Assembly: GCA_051746405.1 (NCBI GenBank)
Contig: JBNJFB010000040.1
Coordinates: 1 to 21,612, forward strand
Origin: Campylobacterota bacterium
GTDB lineage: Bacteria; Campylobacterota; Campylobacteria; Campylobacterales; Arcobacteraceae
Direction: 5' to 3'
DNA: 21,612 nucleotides
Below are positions 1 through 8,575 of this stretch, piece after piece. Every line of letters starts with the position of its first letter. Position 1 is the stretch's first letter. Below the pieces are notes generated by a model. It was not told the DNA's origin, ran no database searches, and saw only the letters and a program-made list of their open reading frames with translations. The position numbers and the translations under genes are program-made.

Positions 1-2
1 AT

Positions 3-62
3 GAGCAGTTTTATGAACTGCATCAGCAAATAGCCCAAAAAAAGCAAGAGCTTGATATTTAG
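3..62 (+). CDS. Possible 3' end of an upstream CDS (partial)
   Basis: Frame 3 is open from the window edge (EQFYELHQQIAQKKQELDI*) to TAG at 60-62; too short to identify. Confidence 0.3.
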   Translation, partial: EQFYELHQQIAQKKQELDI

Positions 63-136
63 AGTATAGCTATTTTTATTATAAAAATTTTTAAATAAAA
101 ATCTAAATTTTATAAAAGAAAGTTATATTATCATTG

Positions 137-168
137 TGATACAATTAAAAAAAAATATATATTAGGAG
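137..168 (+). promoter_or_regulatory. Extended -10 promoter and RBS of the 70-aa gene
   Basis: TG-A-TACAAT at 137-145; AGGAG at 164-168, before ATG 175. Confidence 0.55.
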
Positions 169-174
169 TTTATA

Positions 175-387
175 ATGGTAAATATAAAAATGCAAAAAGA
201 GTGTGGATGTTTTAAAAATTCTGATTTTGAAAAAAATACAGCATGTGAAAACCTTGATGAAGCTTTAGAAAAAGCAAATGATATGTGTATAGTGATGAAT
301 GAAGATTTTTGTCATAAACATAAGTTTACAACAAATTATGATGAAGAGAATAATGAAATAATAATAAATGTTCAAATGAATGGATAA
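175..387 (+). CDS. Small acidic Cys/His-containing hypothetical protein
   Basis: 70-aa ORF with good RBS; motifs ECGCF and FCHKH. Confidence 0.8.
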   Translation: MVNIKMQKECGCFKNSDFEKNTACENLDEALEKANDMCIVMNEDFCHKHKFTTNYDEENNEIIINVQMNG

Positions 388-463
388 AAATTCAGGTTTG
401 TTTTTTTATCTATTTAGAAAAAATTAGATATAATCCCAAAAAACTCAAATAAGAAAGATAGGT

Positions 464-1702
464 ATGATTGATATAAAATTATTACAAAAAGATTTTGAAA
501 ATGTAGCTAATGCTTTAACAAGAAAAGGTGTAGACCAAAGTATTCTTGATGAGTTAAAAGAGCACTCTTTAAATGCAAAAGCAAAAAGACAAGAGATGGA
601 GTCTTTAACAGCAGATCAAAACAGATTGTCAAAAGAGTTTGGTAGATATAAAAAAGAGGGCTTAGATATTGCTCCTTTACAAGAACAAATCGCTTCATTG
701 AAGTCTCAAAAACAATCATATGAAGAAGAGGTAAGAGTATTAGAAGAGAAGTTAAACTCTATAGTACTTGGTGTTCCAAATCTTCCAGATGAGAGTGTTC
801 CAAATGGTGCCAATGAAGATGAAAATATTGTTTTAGAAACAATAGGTGAAAAACCTAGTTTTGATTTTGAGCCAAAGGAGCACTGGGATTTAGATAATGG
901 TTGGTTAGATTTCCAAAGAGGTGTAAAACTAGCAAAATCAAGATTTGCTGCAATAAAAGGGCAGGGTGCAAGACTTGAGCGTGCACTTATAAACTATATG
1001 CTTGACTTTAATAGACAAAGAGGTTTTGAAGAGTGGTATGTTCCATTTATGGCAAACTCAAATACACTTCAAGGAACAGGTCAATTACCAAAGTTTGAAG
1101 ATGATTTATTTAAGATTGAGGGTGAAGACTTATACTTAATTCCTACAGCTGAAGTATCACTTACAAACCTTTATAATGATGAGATTGTACCAGCAGATGA
1201 GTTACCACTTATGCTAACTTCTTATACTCCTTGCTTTAGAAAAGAAGCTGGAAGTGCTGGAAGAGATACAAGAGGACTTATCAGACAACATCAGTTTGAT
1301 AAAGTTGAAATGGTAGCTATTACAAAACAAGAAGAGTCACAAGAAGTATTTGAAAAAATGGTTTCTTGTGCAAGTGATTTATTAACTTCACTAGGTCTGC
1401 CTCACCAAAAAGTACAGTTATGTACAGGTGATTTAGGTTTTAGTGCGAGCGTAACTATTGACTTAGAGGTTTGGCTACCAGGTCAAAATAAATACAGAGA
1501 AATCTCTTCAATTTCAAATACAAGAGAATTCCAAGCTAGACGAGCAAAAATAAGATATAAAGATGGAAAGAAGAACATCTTAGCTCACACATTAAATGGT
1601 TCATCACTAGCAGTTGGAAGAACACTATTAGCTATTATGGAAAATTATCAAAGAGAAGATGGAAGTGTAGGAATTCCTGAAGTTCTTAAAAAATATATGT
1701 AG
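464..1702 (+). CDS. serS: Serine--tRNA ligase
   Basis: MIDIK start, N-terminal coiled coil, LIPTAEV, class II motif 2 [34 protein letters not shown], motif 3 [13 protein letters not shown]. Confidence 0.99.
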   Translation: MIDIKLLQKDFENVANALTRKGVDQSILDELKEHSLNAKAKRQEMESLTADQNRLSKEFGRYKKEGLDIAPLQEQIASLKSQKQSYEEEVRVLEEKLNSIVLGVPNLPDESVPNGANEDENIVLETIGEKPSFDFEPKEHWDLDNGWLDFQRGVKLAKSRFAAIKGQGARLERALINYMLDFNRQRGFEEWYVPFMANSNTLQGTGQLPKFEDDLFKIEGEDLYLIPTAEVSLTNLYNDEIVPADELPLMLTSYTPCFRKEAGSAGRDTRGLIRQHQFDKVEMVAITKQEESQEVFEKMVSCASDLLTSLGLPHQKVQLCTGDLGFSASVTIDLEVWLPGQNKYREISSISNTREFQARRAKIRYKDGKKNILAHTLNGSSLAVGRTLLAIMENYQREDGSVGIPEVLKKYM

Positions 1703-1710
1703 TAATTTTA

Positions 1711-1745
1711 GTAGATATATAGGCAGATGACTGCCTATATTCTAC
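1711..1745 (+). terminator. Stem-loop after serS
   Basis: GTAGATATATAGGCAG-atga-CTGCCTATAT-TCTAC, a 15-bp stem with one bulge, 8 nt after the stop; no strong U-tract. Confidence 0.7.
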
Positions 1746-1980
1746 CTAAAAATCATAAAGCAGATAGTTTTATCCAAAAGTCCTAAAGCTTTGTGGGATT
1801 CTGTAACTTTTACTTTTTGAATACTTTATGGAACAAGGGAAATTGATATAAGTGATTTGTGTTCCAAAAGTAAGAGGTTTTGGAAAAGAGTGCTCAGATT
1901 TTTGTGTCCTATTTTCTGATAATAGATTAATATAATGACAGATATAGTACAATCACATAATTTTATAAAAAGATTAAAAT

Positions 1981-2535
1981 ATGAATATAATTCAAGCAAT
2001 TGAAACGAATGATATACAATTTGTTAGAAATAACATAGGAAAATTTAATCAAAATCAAAATGGGCAATATGACTTCCCCCTATTACATAGGGCTTGCTAT
2101 CTAGGGCATTTAGAAATAATTGAATTATTAATTGATAATGGAGCTGATTTAGAAATTGAAGATGAACATAAGAATACTCCATTATTTAGTGTAATAGATA
2201 ATTGTCAAGACAATTGGTTTTATGTGATTGAACTACTAGTAAAAAAAGGTGCAAAAGTTGATGGTTCAATGCTTGTTGAAGCAGTAAAACAAGAAAAATA
2301 TATTGATGTTATAAAACTTTTTTTAGATAATGAGGCTGATATAGATTACATTGATGAATGTGGAGATAAAGCTATAAATTATGCTTACGATTGTAATTAC
2401 AATGAAGCTATTGAGCTATTAGAAAAGTATGGTGCAGTTTATGATGGGAAAATCACTAATGAAGAACTAATTTTGAGAGATTATGCTGTTGGAATGTTAG
2501 AATCTGAAAAATTAAGAGAAAATAGAAATAAATAA
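1981..2535 (+). CDS. Ankyrin repeat protein
   Basis: PLLHRACYLGHLEIIELLIDNGADLE, NTPLFSVI...LLVKKGAKVD, LFLDNEADID, LLEKYGA; about 4 repeats. Confidence 0.93.
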   Translation: MNIIQAIETNDIQFVRNNIGKFNQNQNGQYDFPLLHRACYLGHLEIIELLIDNGADLEIEDEHKNTPLFSVIDNCQDNWFYVIELLVKKGAKVDGSMLVEAVKQEKYIDVIKLFLDNEADIDYIDECGDKAINYAYDCNYNEAIELLEKYGAVYDGKITNEELILRDYAVGMLESEKLRENRNK

Positions 2536-3402
2536 ATGAATAAAAAAGAATTATGGAAAAATTTCAATTTAGGCACTGAACTAGATATATCTGCTTCATT
2601 CATTTATAATGGACTTGATAGCTTTAATAAAATGAAAAATTTTTATTATGAAGATGAAATATTTGATTTCCTATATAATATTTCAGTTGGAATTGAAAGA
2701 TTATTAAAAATTGTAATCCAACTTAATGATAATAATTTTAATATCAAAACACATAATCATGAAAAGTTATTAGAAGAAGTTAAATTAAGATATAAAATTA
2801 AATTTGAAAAAAAACATAATCAGTTTATTAAAATACTAAATAATTTTTATAAAAAGTATAGATACAATAGATTTGATTTCTCTTTTGATAATGAATACAA
2901 TAAAGAAAAAGAAGAACTTATCTCCTTTATAAACAAAAATACAACAGTCACAATCAAAAATGTTTTCAACAAAGAGATTACGCGTAATAATGCTAACTTA
3001 AAAATTTTTATTGGTAATACAGTTGGCTATATAGTCAATAATCTTTATAATATTATTGAAAATGAATCTTATAAACAAAACATTTTTATCTATGAATTTC
3101 GTAGTTATTCTAAATCTTATAAAATATTTTGTTTAAAAGAATTTAATTTTTTAAATGATAGAGTAAAAAAATTAGAATTATTTTTATTTGTCTTGGCTAA
3201 TAAAAATAAGTCAGAAATATTAAGTTTAATGGATACATTAGAGTTAGACGATTCTGAAATTGATAGATATGTTTCATTATTAATGGATGAAAATTTTTCT
3301 CTTAAAAATGATGAGATTTTTTTAGAAGATAGTAATCTTACAAAAAGAAAAGAAAAAATAAAAAATTTAATAGAGATACTGGAAAATCAATATGGAAAAT
3401 AA
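2536..3402 (+). CDS. Hypothetical protein with HEPN-like N-terminal domain
   Basis: Ordered motifs ERLLK, KTHNHEKLL, YKKYRY resemble the E..LK / THdL..L / RY pattern of HEPN domains; starts directly after the ankyrin stop. Confidence 0.55.
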   Translation: MNKKELWKNFNLGTELDISASFIYNGLDSFNKMKNFYYEDEIFDFLYNISVGIERLLKIVIQLNDNNFNIKTHNHEKLLEEVKLRYKIKFEKKHNQFIKILNNFYKKYRYNRFDFSFDNEYNKEKEELISFINKNTTVTIKNVFNKEITRNNANLKIFIGNTVGYIVNNLYNIIENESYKQNIFIYEFRSYSKSYKIFCLKEFNFLNDRVKKLELFLFVLANKNKSEILSLMDTLELDDSEIDRYVSLLMDENFSLKNDEIFLEDSNLTKRKEKIKNLIEILENQYGK

Positions 3403-4045
3403 TATAACAATAAAAAAAGATAGTGAAGTTTCGTTATATCAATCTCAAAACTTGATGGATATAACAAACAAAATTCTAAAAAATAGTTTAAAAGATAATT
3501 GGATTGAAAAATTATTTGAATGGGCTGATAAAAATAATATCCCAAATACAATTGATAATGATATTGATACTACTGATGATGAAAAAAATTATTATTGGAG
3601 GGGAATACCTCGAGATAAAGATATTTTATTAAAAGTAATAAGTATAAATTTATCAAAATGTGATATAAATGTATTACCAACTGAATTATTTAATTTGATA
3701 AATTTAAAGCAATTGATTTTATCTGATAATAAATTAACTTATTTACCAAATGAAATAATTAAATTAAAAGATTTAAGTTATCTCTCAATTGATAATAATC
3801 AAATTGAAGTTATTAGTGATGAAATAATTAATAGTTTAATAAATCTTAGTATTTTCACATATTTTGATAACCCATTAAAAAAAGAACCTAAGAAAAATAA
3901 ATCTATGGAAGAATTTGATAATATGATTACTAAACAGGCTAATGAAAGTTTAAATAGAATGTTTAATAAAATGTCAGAATTAGGCTATTCAGAAAATGAA
4001 TCTAAAGAATTATTTAATGAAGTAATTAATAGGGTAGAAAAATGA
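3392..4045 (+). CDS. Leucine-rich repeat protein
   Basis: LxxLxLxxNxLxxLP repeats: LKQLILSDNKLTYLPNEI, LSYLSIDNNQIEVI, LSIFTYFDNPL. Confidence 0.9.
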   Translation: MENNITIKKDSEVSLYQSQNLMDITNKILKNSLKDNWIEKLFEWADKNNIPNTIDNDIDTTDDEKNYYWRGIPRDKDILLKVISINLSKCDINVLPTELFNLINLKQLILSDNKLTYLPNEIIKLKDLSYLSIDNNQIEVISDEIINSLINLSIFTYFDNPLKKEPKKNKSMEEFDNMITKQANESLNRMFNKMSELGYSENESKELFNEVINRVEK

Positions 4046-4971
4046 ATGAATTATTAAAAAGATTAGAAATTATAAAAAAATCTATACTACTTGAAGATAC
4101 TGAAATAATTGAATTACAGTTGAAAAGAATAGCTACTTTAAATTATGAGAGTGATGTCAAAAACATAATTTCTTTAATAGAAAATGTAGAGTATGAAAAT
4201 GCAATTAAATGTATTGATGATTATTTAAACAAGTATTTAGGTATTGTTGAATTTGAAGATGAAAATATTAAAAGCTTAAAGCTTGAGTTGAAAGTATTGG
4301 AACAACGTCTTCAAGAAATAAATACTAAAAAAGAAGAATATTTACATTTAATTAATGAATTTAATACTGAATATAATAATAGATTAGGTTTATTAATTGA
4401 AGAAATATTAAAAATCAAAAAAGATATATTAGAAGCACAATTAGAAGAAAACCCTTCATTACAAAATGAATATGAAGATTCAAAAAATGATTATGAAAGT
4501 TTTAAGAAACAGTATAAAGAACTTTCAAATAAAAAGATTTATGATATATCTGATAATGACATGAAAGAATTAAAAAAACTTTACAAAGAAGCTGCTAAAT
4601 TATGTCATCCTGATATTGTTGAAACAAATAAAAAAAATGAAGCAGAGTTAATTTTTAAAGAATTAAATGATGACTATTCTTCAAATGATATTGAAAAAGT
4701 CAAAGATATATTGAATAAATTAAAAAGAAATTTAATTTTTGATTTTGATAGTAATAAATTGAATAATGCAGAATTATTAAAAAATAAAATAAGTGATTTA
4801 AAAGAAAAAATCATATCTGTTGAAGTTGAAATTGATAATATAATAAATAGTGAAACGTATAAAATAGTTTCCAATATTAGTGATTGGGAGAATTATTTTG
4901 ATGATTTGAGAAAACAACTTCTTGAAGAAAAAAAATTATTAGTTGAAAAGAAAGATTTGAATTATAATTAA
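4042..4971 (+). CDS. Coiled-coil protein with internal J-domain (class C DnaJ-like)
   Basis: ELKKLYKEAAKLCHPD...AELIFKELN J-domain signature flanked by long heptad regions; ATGA overlap with the LRR gene. Confidence 0.85.
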   Translation: MNELLKRLEIIKKSILLEDTEIIELQLKRIATLNYESDVKNIISLIENVEYENAIKCIDDYLNKYLGIVEFEDENIKSLKLELKVLEQRLQEINTKKEEYLHLINEFNTEYNNRLGLLIEEILKIKKDILEAQLEENPSLQNEYEDSKNDYESFKKQYKELSNKKIYDISDNDMKELKKLYKEAAKLCHPDIVETNKKNEAELIFKELNDDYSSNDIEKVKDILNKLKRNLIFDFDSNKLNNAELLKNKISDLKEKIISVEVEIDNIINSETYKIVSNISDWENYFDDLRKQLLEEKKLLVEKKDLNYN

Positions 4972-5037
4972 TTAAGTAGTAAATTAACACCCACCTATGA
5001 TTTAGAATATTTAATAGTTTTTTATATTCTCCAATAA

Positions 5038-5385
5038 GTTATTGATATTGTAAAACTATATAGACACAGAGGGGAGACAAGTGAGAATAAAATAAAAGAA
5101 TTCAAAAATGGTTTTAATATGGATTATCTACCATCATCAGATTTTATATCTAATGCATTTTACTTTCAAATAGGTACTTTAGCTTATAACGTTTTTATTT
5201 TATTTAAACAAATTCTTGATACAAATTTACAAAAACATACAGTAAAAATTATTAGATATAAACTTTATAATATTGCTGGTAAGCTTATTACTCATGCAAG
5301 AAAAAAGATTTTAAAAGTAAATGAAGAGTTTATAGATGTACTTCAAAGGATTAGAAAAAAAGCATATCAAGTTTCACTTGAATAG
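5038..5385 (+). pseudogene. Truncated IS1380-family DDE transposase, C-terminal fragment
   Basis: Frame extends upstream of ATG 5119 to the stop at 5035-5037: LYRHRGETSENKIKEFKNGFNMDYLPSSDFISNAFYFQIGTLAYN...IRYKLYNIAGKLITHARK, the IS1380 YxxRG..ENxIKE / LAYN pattern; N-terminal majority is missing. Confidence 0.85.
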
Positions 5386-5575
5386 AACTTTTATATCCTA
5401 AAATAGCTTCTTCAAAATGTACTTATAATAAACTATTCTCTAAAAACACTATTTTTAGAGTATTTTTGACAGAAATTAATGAAAAAGTCTATTTATTTGT
5501 TATTTCATATATTTATTTGAATGATAGTTGTTAAAAATAGGCATATTTTATGAAAAGTTATGCATCTCTATATTT

Positions 5576-5591
5576 TATGTCAGGATTTGGG
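5576..5591 (+). repeat. Putative right terminal inverted repeat of the IS1380 remnant
   Basis: TATGTCAGGATTTGGG about 200 bp after the tnp stop resembles IS1380/ISEcp1-type ends; no left IR found to confirm. Confidence 0.45.
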
Positions 5592-5759
5592 TTCATATAT
5601 ATTCTTTATTTTCTGTCAAACGAAGTGCTAAAATGGTCAGTTAGAATCGGGAAGTGTTTAAAGAAGAGGTTGTATCAGTAAAAATTAGATGAATTTTGAA
5701 AAAGAAAAAGCTTTTTAAAGGTATTATATCTTTCATAAAATATTATTTTAGGAAGTTAA

Positions 5760-6749
5760 ATGAAAAAAATTGCAAAATATTTAAAAAGTATTGAAGAAAC
5801 TATTCAGAATGCTGATATAGATTTAGAAGAATATGAAGTATATTATCGTGGGGAAAGTAAGGAAAGAGCTTCTACTCCTGGAATATTTAGAGATAATTAT
5901 TTACAAAATGAGCACAATATTTTTAGAGAACTAGAGTTGAGATATCCAAATGTTTTTGATAAATCTAAATCTACTATTGATAAGTTAGCTATTATGCAAC
6001 ATTATGGTTTGCCAACAAGATTACTAGATTTTACAACAAATCCATTATTAGCACTGTATATGGCAATTGATACTAATAATATAGATGAATTAAATCCAAT
6101 GATTAAAATTGTATTTGTAAAAAAAGAGAATATTAAATATTATGATAGTGATACAGTATCAGTATTCGCAAACTTTTCTAAAATAAAAAATCAATTAGAA
6201 ATTAACTTTGAAGGTCATTGTTTAAATAATGGTAAGTTAGACTACTTAGAAGGCTCACCAAGAACGGGAAAAGCAATTTTTAATTATTTAAATTGGAATA
6301 ATCTAAATCTTTTAGATAAGGATAATAAATATGAATTTGGAGAGACTATATGTAAAAATAATGGAGGGCTCCAATACTTATTACATGAAATAAAAGGGGA
6401 AAAACCATATTTTATGAATATGATTTGGACTGAACACTTAGATAAGAATGTAGTTTTTGTGAAGCCTAAACTTAATAGTCAAAGAATTATTAACCAAGCA
6501 GGTCTTTTTGCATTATTTGGTTTATCAGAAGGTAAAAAAGAAGGATATGATTTTGAAGATTGTAAAGATAAAAATGACTTTAAAGTAGAATCTTTACTCT
6601 TGTATCCTATTGTTAATAAAAAAAATAAGAGTAAAGGAAAAATTATTGCAGGTTTAAAGAAATCATTGTCCTTATTAGGCTTATCTAATGATAAAGTATA
6701 TCCTGAAATTGAACAATCGAGTAACTATATAAAAAATAAATATAAGTAA
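5760..6749 (+). CDS. FRG domain protein
   Basis: YYRGES, PGIFR, MQHYGLPTRLLDFTTNPLLALY, NSQRIINQAGLF. Confidence 0.93.
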   Translation: MKKIAKYLKSIEETIQNADIDLEEYEVYYRGESKERASTPGIFRDNYLQNEHNIFRELELRYPNVFDKSKSTIDKLAIMQHYGLPTRLLDFTTNPLLALYMAIDTNNIDELNPMIKIVFVKKENIKYYDSDTVSVFANFSKIKNQLEINFEGHCLNNGKLDYLEGSPRTGKAIFNYLNWNNLNLLDKDNKYEFGETICKNNGGLQYLLHEIKGEKPYFMNMIWTEHLDKNVVFVKPKLNSQRIINQAGLFALFGLSEGKKEGYDFEDCKDKNDFKVESLLLYPIVNKKNKSKGKIIAGLKKSLSLLGLSNDKVYPEIEQSSNYIKNKYK

Positions 6750-6768
6750 TTTAGATGAAGGAAATAAA

Positions 6769-7917
6769 ATGAGAAAAGCAATTCCAAAATTCATTGAAAG
6801 GCAGTTGTACATTGAATCTATGGGAAAATGCATGAATCCAAATTGTAAAACAGATTTGTTTTTAGAAAATGGTGACATTGCAGAAAAAGCTCATATTATT
6901 CCCCATTGTGATACAGCAGACAATTCTTTTGAGAATTTAATATTATTATGTCCAAATTGTCATACAGATTTTGATAAGAATGCCGCATTTGAAGAACAGG
7001 AAGTAAAAATATGGAAGTCAAAAAGAGCAGAACAATTTAAACAGATATTTCAACAGAAGTATACATCATTCACAAAACTTGAAAAGGAAGTCCGACCTTT
7101 ACTTCAAGAAAATAAGTCTATTTATGAAAACTACTATATGAATGAGAATAAAAAACTTTGGTTGAGATTTGAAGAAAAACTACTTCTTAACAATGAAAAA
7201 TTAAAATTGTTGTTAACTGCTAATAAAGATTTGATTCAGGAACATTATGAAGAAAGTTATTCAAATTTAGAAGTTATAAATCAATTCCTTTTACATATTG
7301 AAGAATTTAAGGAAACTAGAGAAGACACAGAAAAATTGCGTGCTGTTTTATTCCCAGAAGAAATTAATTCTATATTTGGACTTCAACCATTAAATATGGG
7401 GATGATTCCATCTGTAAAGTCTTTAGAATGTTTGATTAGTAAGTTAAAAAATAGTCAAAATTTTATTGAACTTTCAATTGGTAGTGATGAACCTTATATT
7501 AAATATAGAGAAAATGGTGAAATATGTATATTATATTTTAATGACACACCAAGAGTTAGACAAGTATATAATGATTATTATTGTTTTAGGCAAACTAAAC
7601 TAAGACTTGAAAGTTTAAATTTTGCATTACAGTATTTAAATAATAATCGTCTTCCTTTCGAAATTCAAGATTTTGCTGATTTATCAAGAGTAGAAGTAAA
7701 AGGTAAAAGTTTAAAGTTTATTTATGAATATTGTCTAAGTAAAGATGAATTGATTTCCTTAGCGCCAGAGAGGAATTTAATATTAGTGAATCTACACAAT
7801 TGGAATGGAAGTTCTTGTATTTCTGCGGAAGCTTATTCTCAAGCTGAGATAATGGATGTTGAATTATTAACAACTGATTGTTTTTTTGATTTTGTAAAAA
7901 AAATTAAATATGAATAA
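6769..7917 (+). CDS. HNH endonuclease with long uncharacterised C-terminal region
   Basis: CMNPNC...KAHIIPH...NSFENLILLCPNCHTDFD zinc-binding HNH in the first ~70 aa; AAGGA RBS. Confidence 0.9.
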   Translation: MRKAIPKFIERQLYIESMGKCMNPNCKTDLFLENGDIAEKAHIIPHCDTADNSFENLILLCPNCHTDFDKNAAFEEQEVKIWKSKRAEQFKQIFQQKYTSFTKLEKEVRPLLQENKSIYENYYMNENKKLWLRFEEKLLLNNEKLKLLLTANKDLIQEHYEESYSNLEVINQFLLHIEEFKETREDTEKLRAVLFPEEINSIFGLQPLNMGMIPSVKSLECLISKLKNSQNFIELSIGSDEPYIKYRENGEICILYFNDTPRVRQVYNDYYCFRQTKLRLESLNFALQYLNNNRLPFEIQDFADLSRVEVKGKSLKFIYEYCLSKDELISLAPERNLILVNLHNWNGSSCISAEAYSQAEIMDVELLTTDCFFDFVKKIKYE

Positions 7918-8200
7918 ATATATAGAAGTCTTGAGAGAACAAATAGATTTATTTAATTTATTTGATCAAGTCTATATTTTTGGTTCAACAATTAAAGGTA
8001 AAAAGTGCCCAAATGATATTGATATACTTTTAGTTTATAGAAAATATACTAAAAAAATAAAAGATGAAAAACAGGTTATTTCTTTATCTTTAATGAAAAA
8101 ATTTAAAATTGACATAGATTTATTATTACTTAGTGAAGAAGAATTAAAAGAAATAAAGTTTTTAGAAAAATTAAATAGAAACTATGTGAAAATTAAATGA
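7910..8200 (+). CDS. Minimal nucleotidyltransferase (MNT, pol-beta fold)
   Basis: VYIFGS...NDIDILLV and a later IDLL; 96 aa; overlaps the HNH gene by 8 bp. Confidence 0.88.
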   Translation: MNKYIEVLREQIDLFNLFDQVYIFGSTIKGKKCPNDIDILLVYRKYTKKIKDEKQVISLSLMKKFKIDIDLLLLSEEELKEIKFLEKLNRNYVKIK

Positions 8201-8212
8201 GTTATATTTTTA

Positions 8213-8234
8213 AATGTGGTCTTTTGACTACATT
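8213..8234 (+). terminator. Stem-loop after the MNT gene
   Basis: AATGTGGTC-tttt-GACTACATT, 9 bp with one G-U pair; no U-tract. Confidence 0.45.
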
Positions 8235-8575
8235 AATAAATCTAAAACCCTTAAAATAAAGGCTATTTATTAATAAGATGTTAGTTGATAGTCAGGGCAC
8301 ACTATAAAATGATCTGGCTACACTTTTTAAGATATAGAGATGATAAAGTTTCTATTTATAAAAATAAGTTCAACAACCTGTATTTTTTAGAACATAAGAA
8401 ATCTATTTAGATTAAATTTCTTATCAAATAAAACGCTGCCAAAATCAACCATAAACTTCACTTAGTTTTTACAATAAACTTCAACAACAACTGCCTATAC
8501 ACTGCTAAATATATAGCATAATATCTTCAAAAGTAAGATATACAAATCTTTAAAGGCATCAAATAAATATCATCT

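Larger units (their letters stand above)
1746..8490. mobile_element. Accessory / putative defence island between serS and the EAL gene
   Basis: Non-housekeeping cargo (ankyrin, HEPN-like, LRR, J-domain, FRG, HNH, MNT), an IS remnant, visibly AT-rich; no integrase; boundaries approximate. Confidence 0.6.

Noticed and set aside
507..719. 70-aa minus-strand ORF
   Set aside because: Antisense shadow inside serS
1770..1952. 60-aa minus-strand ORF
   Set aside because: No RBS or recognisable motif
5466..5496. TTGACA as an IS-provided outward promoter
   Set aside because: No acceptable -10 at the right spacing
4674..6878. Short minus-strand ORFs 4674-4874 and 6681-6878
   Set aside because: Antisense to well-supported genes
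8309..8490. 33-aa ORF (8309-8410) and short repeats ATAAACTTCA / TTCAACAAC
   Set aside because: No RBS or motif; repeats are short, irregular and AT-rich, not CRISPR-like
1746..8490. Integron cassette array or prophage
   Set aside because: No integrase, attC-like spacers or phage genes; the cargo genes overlap directly
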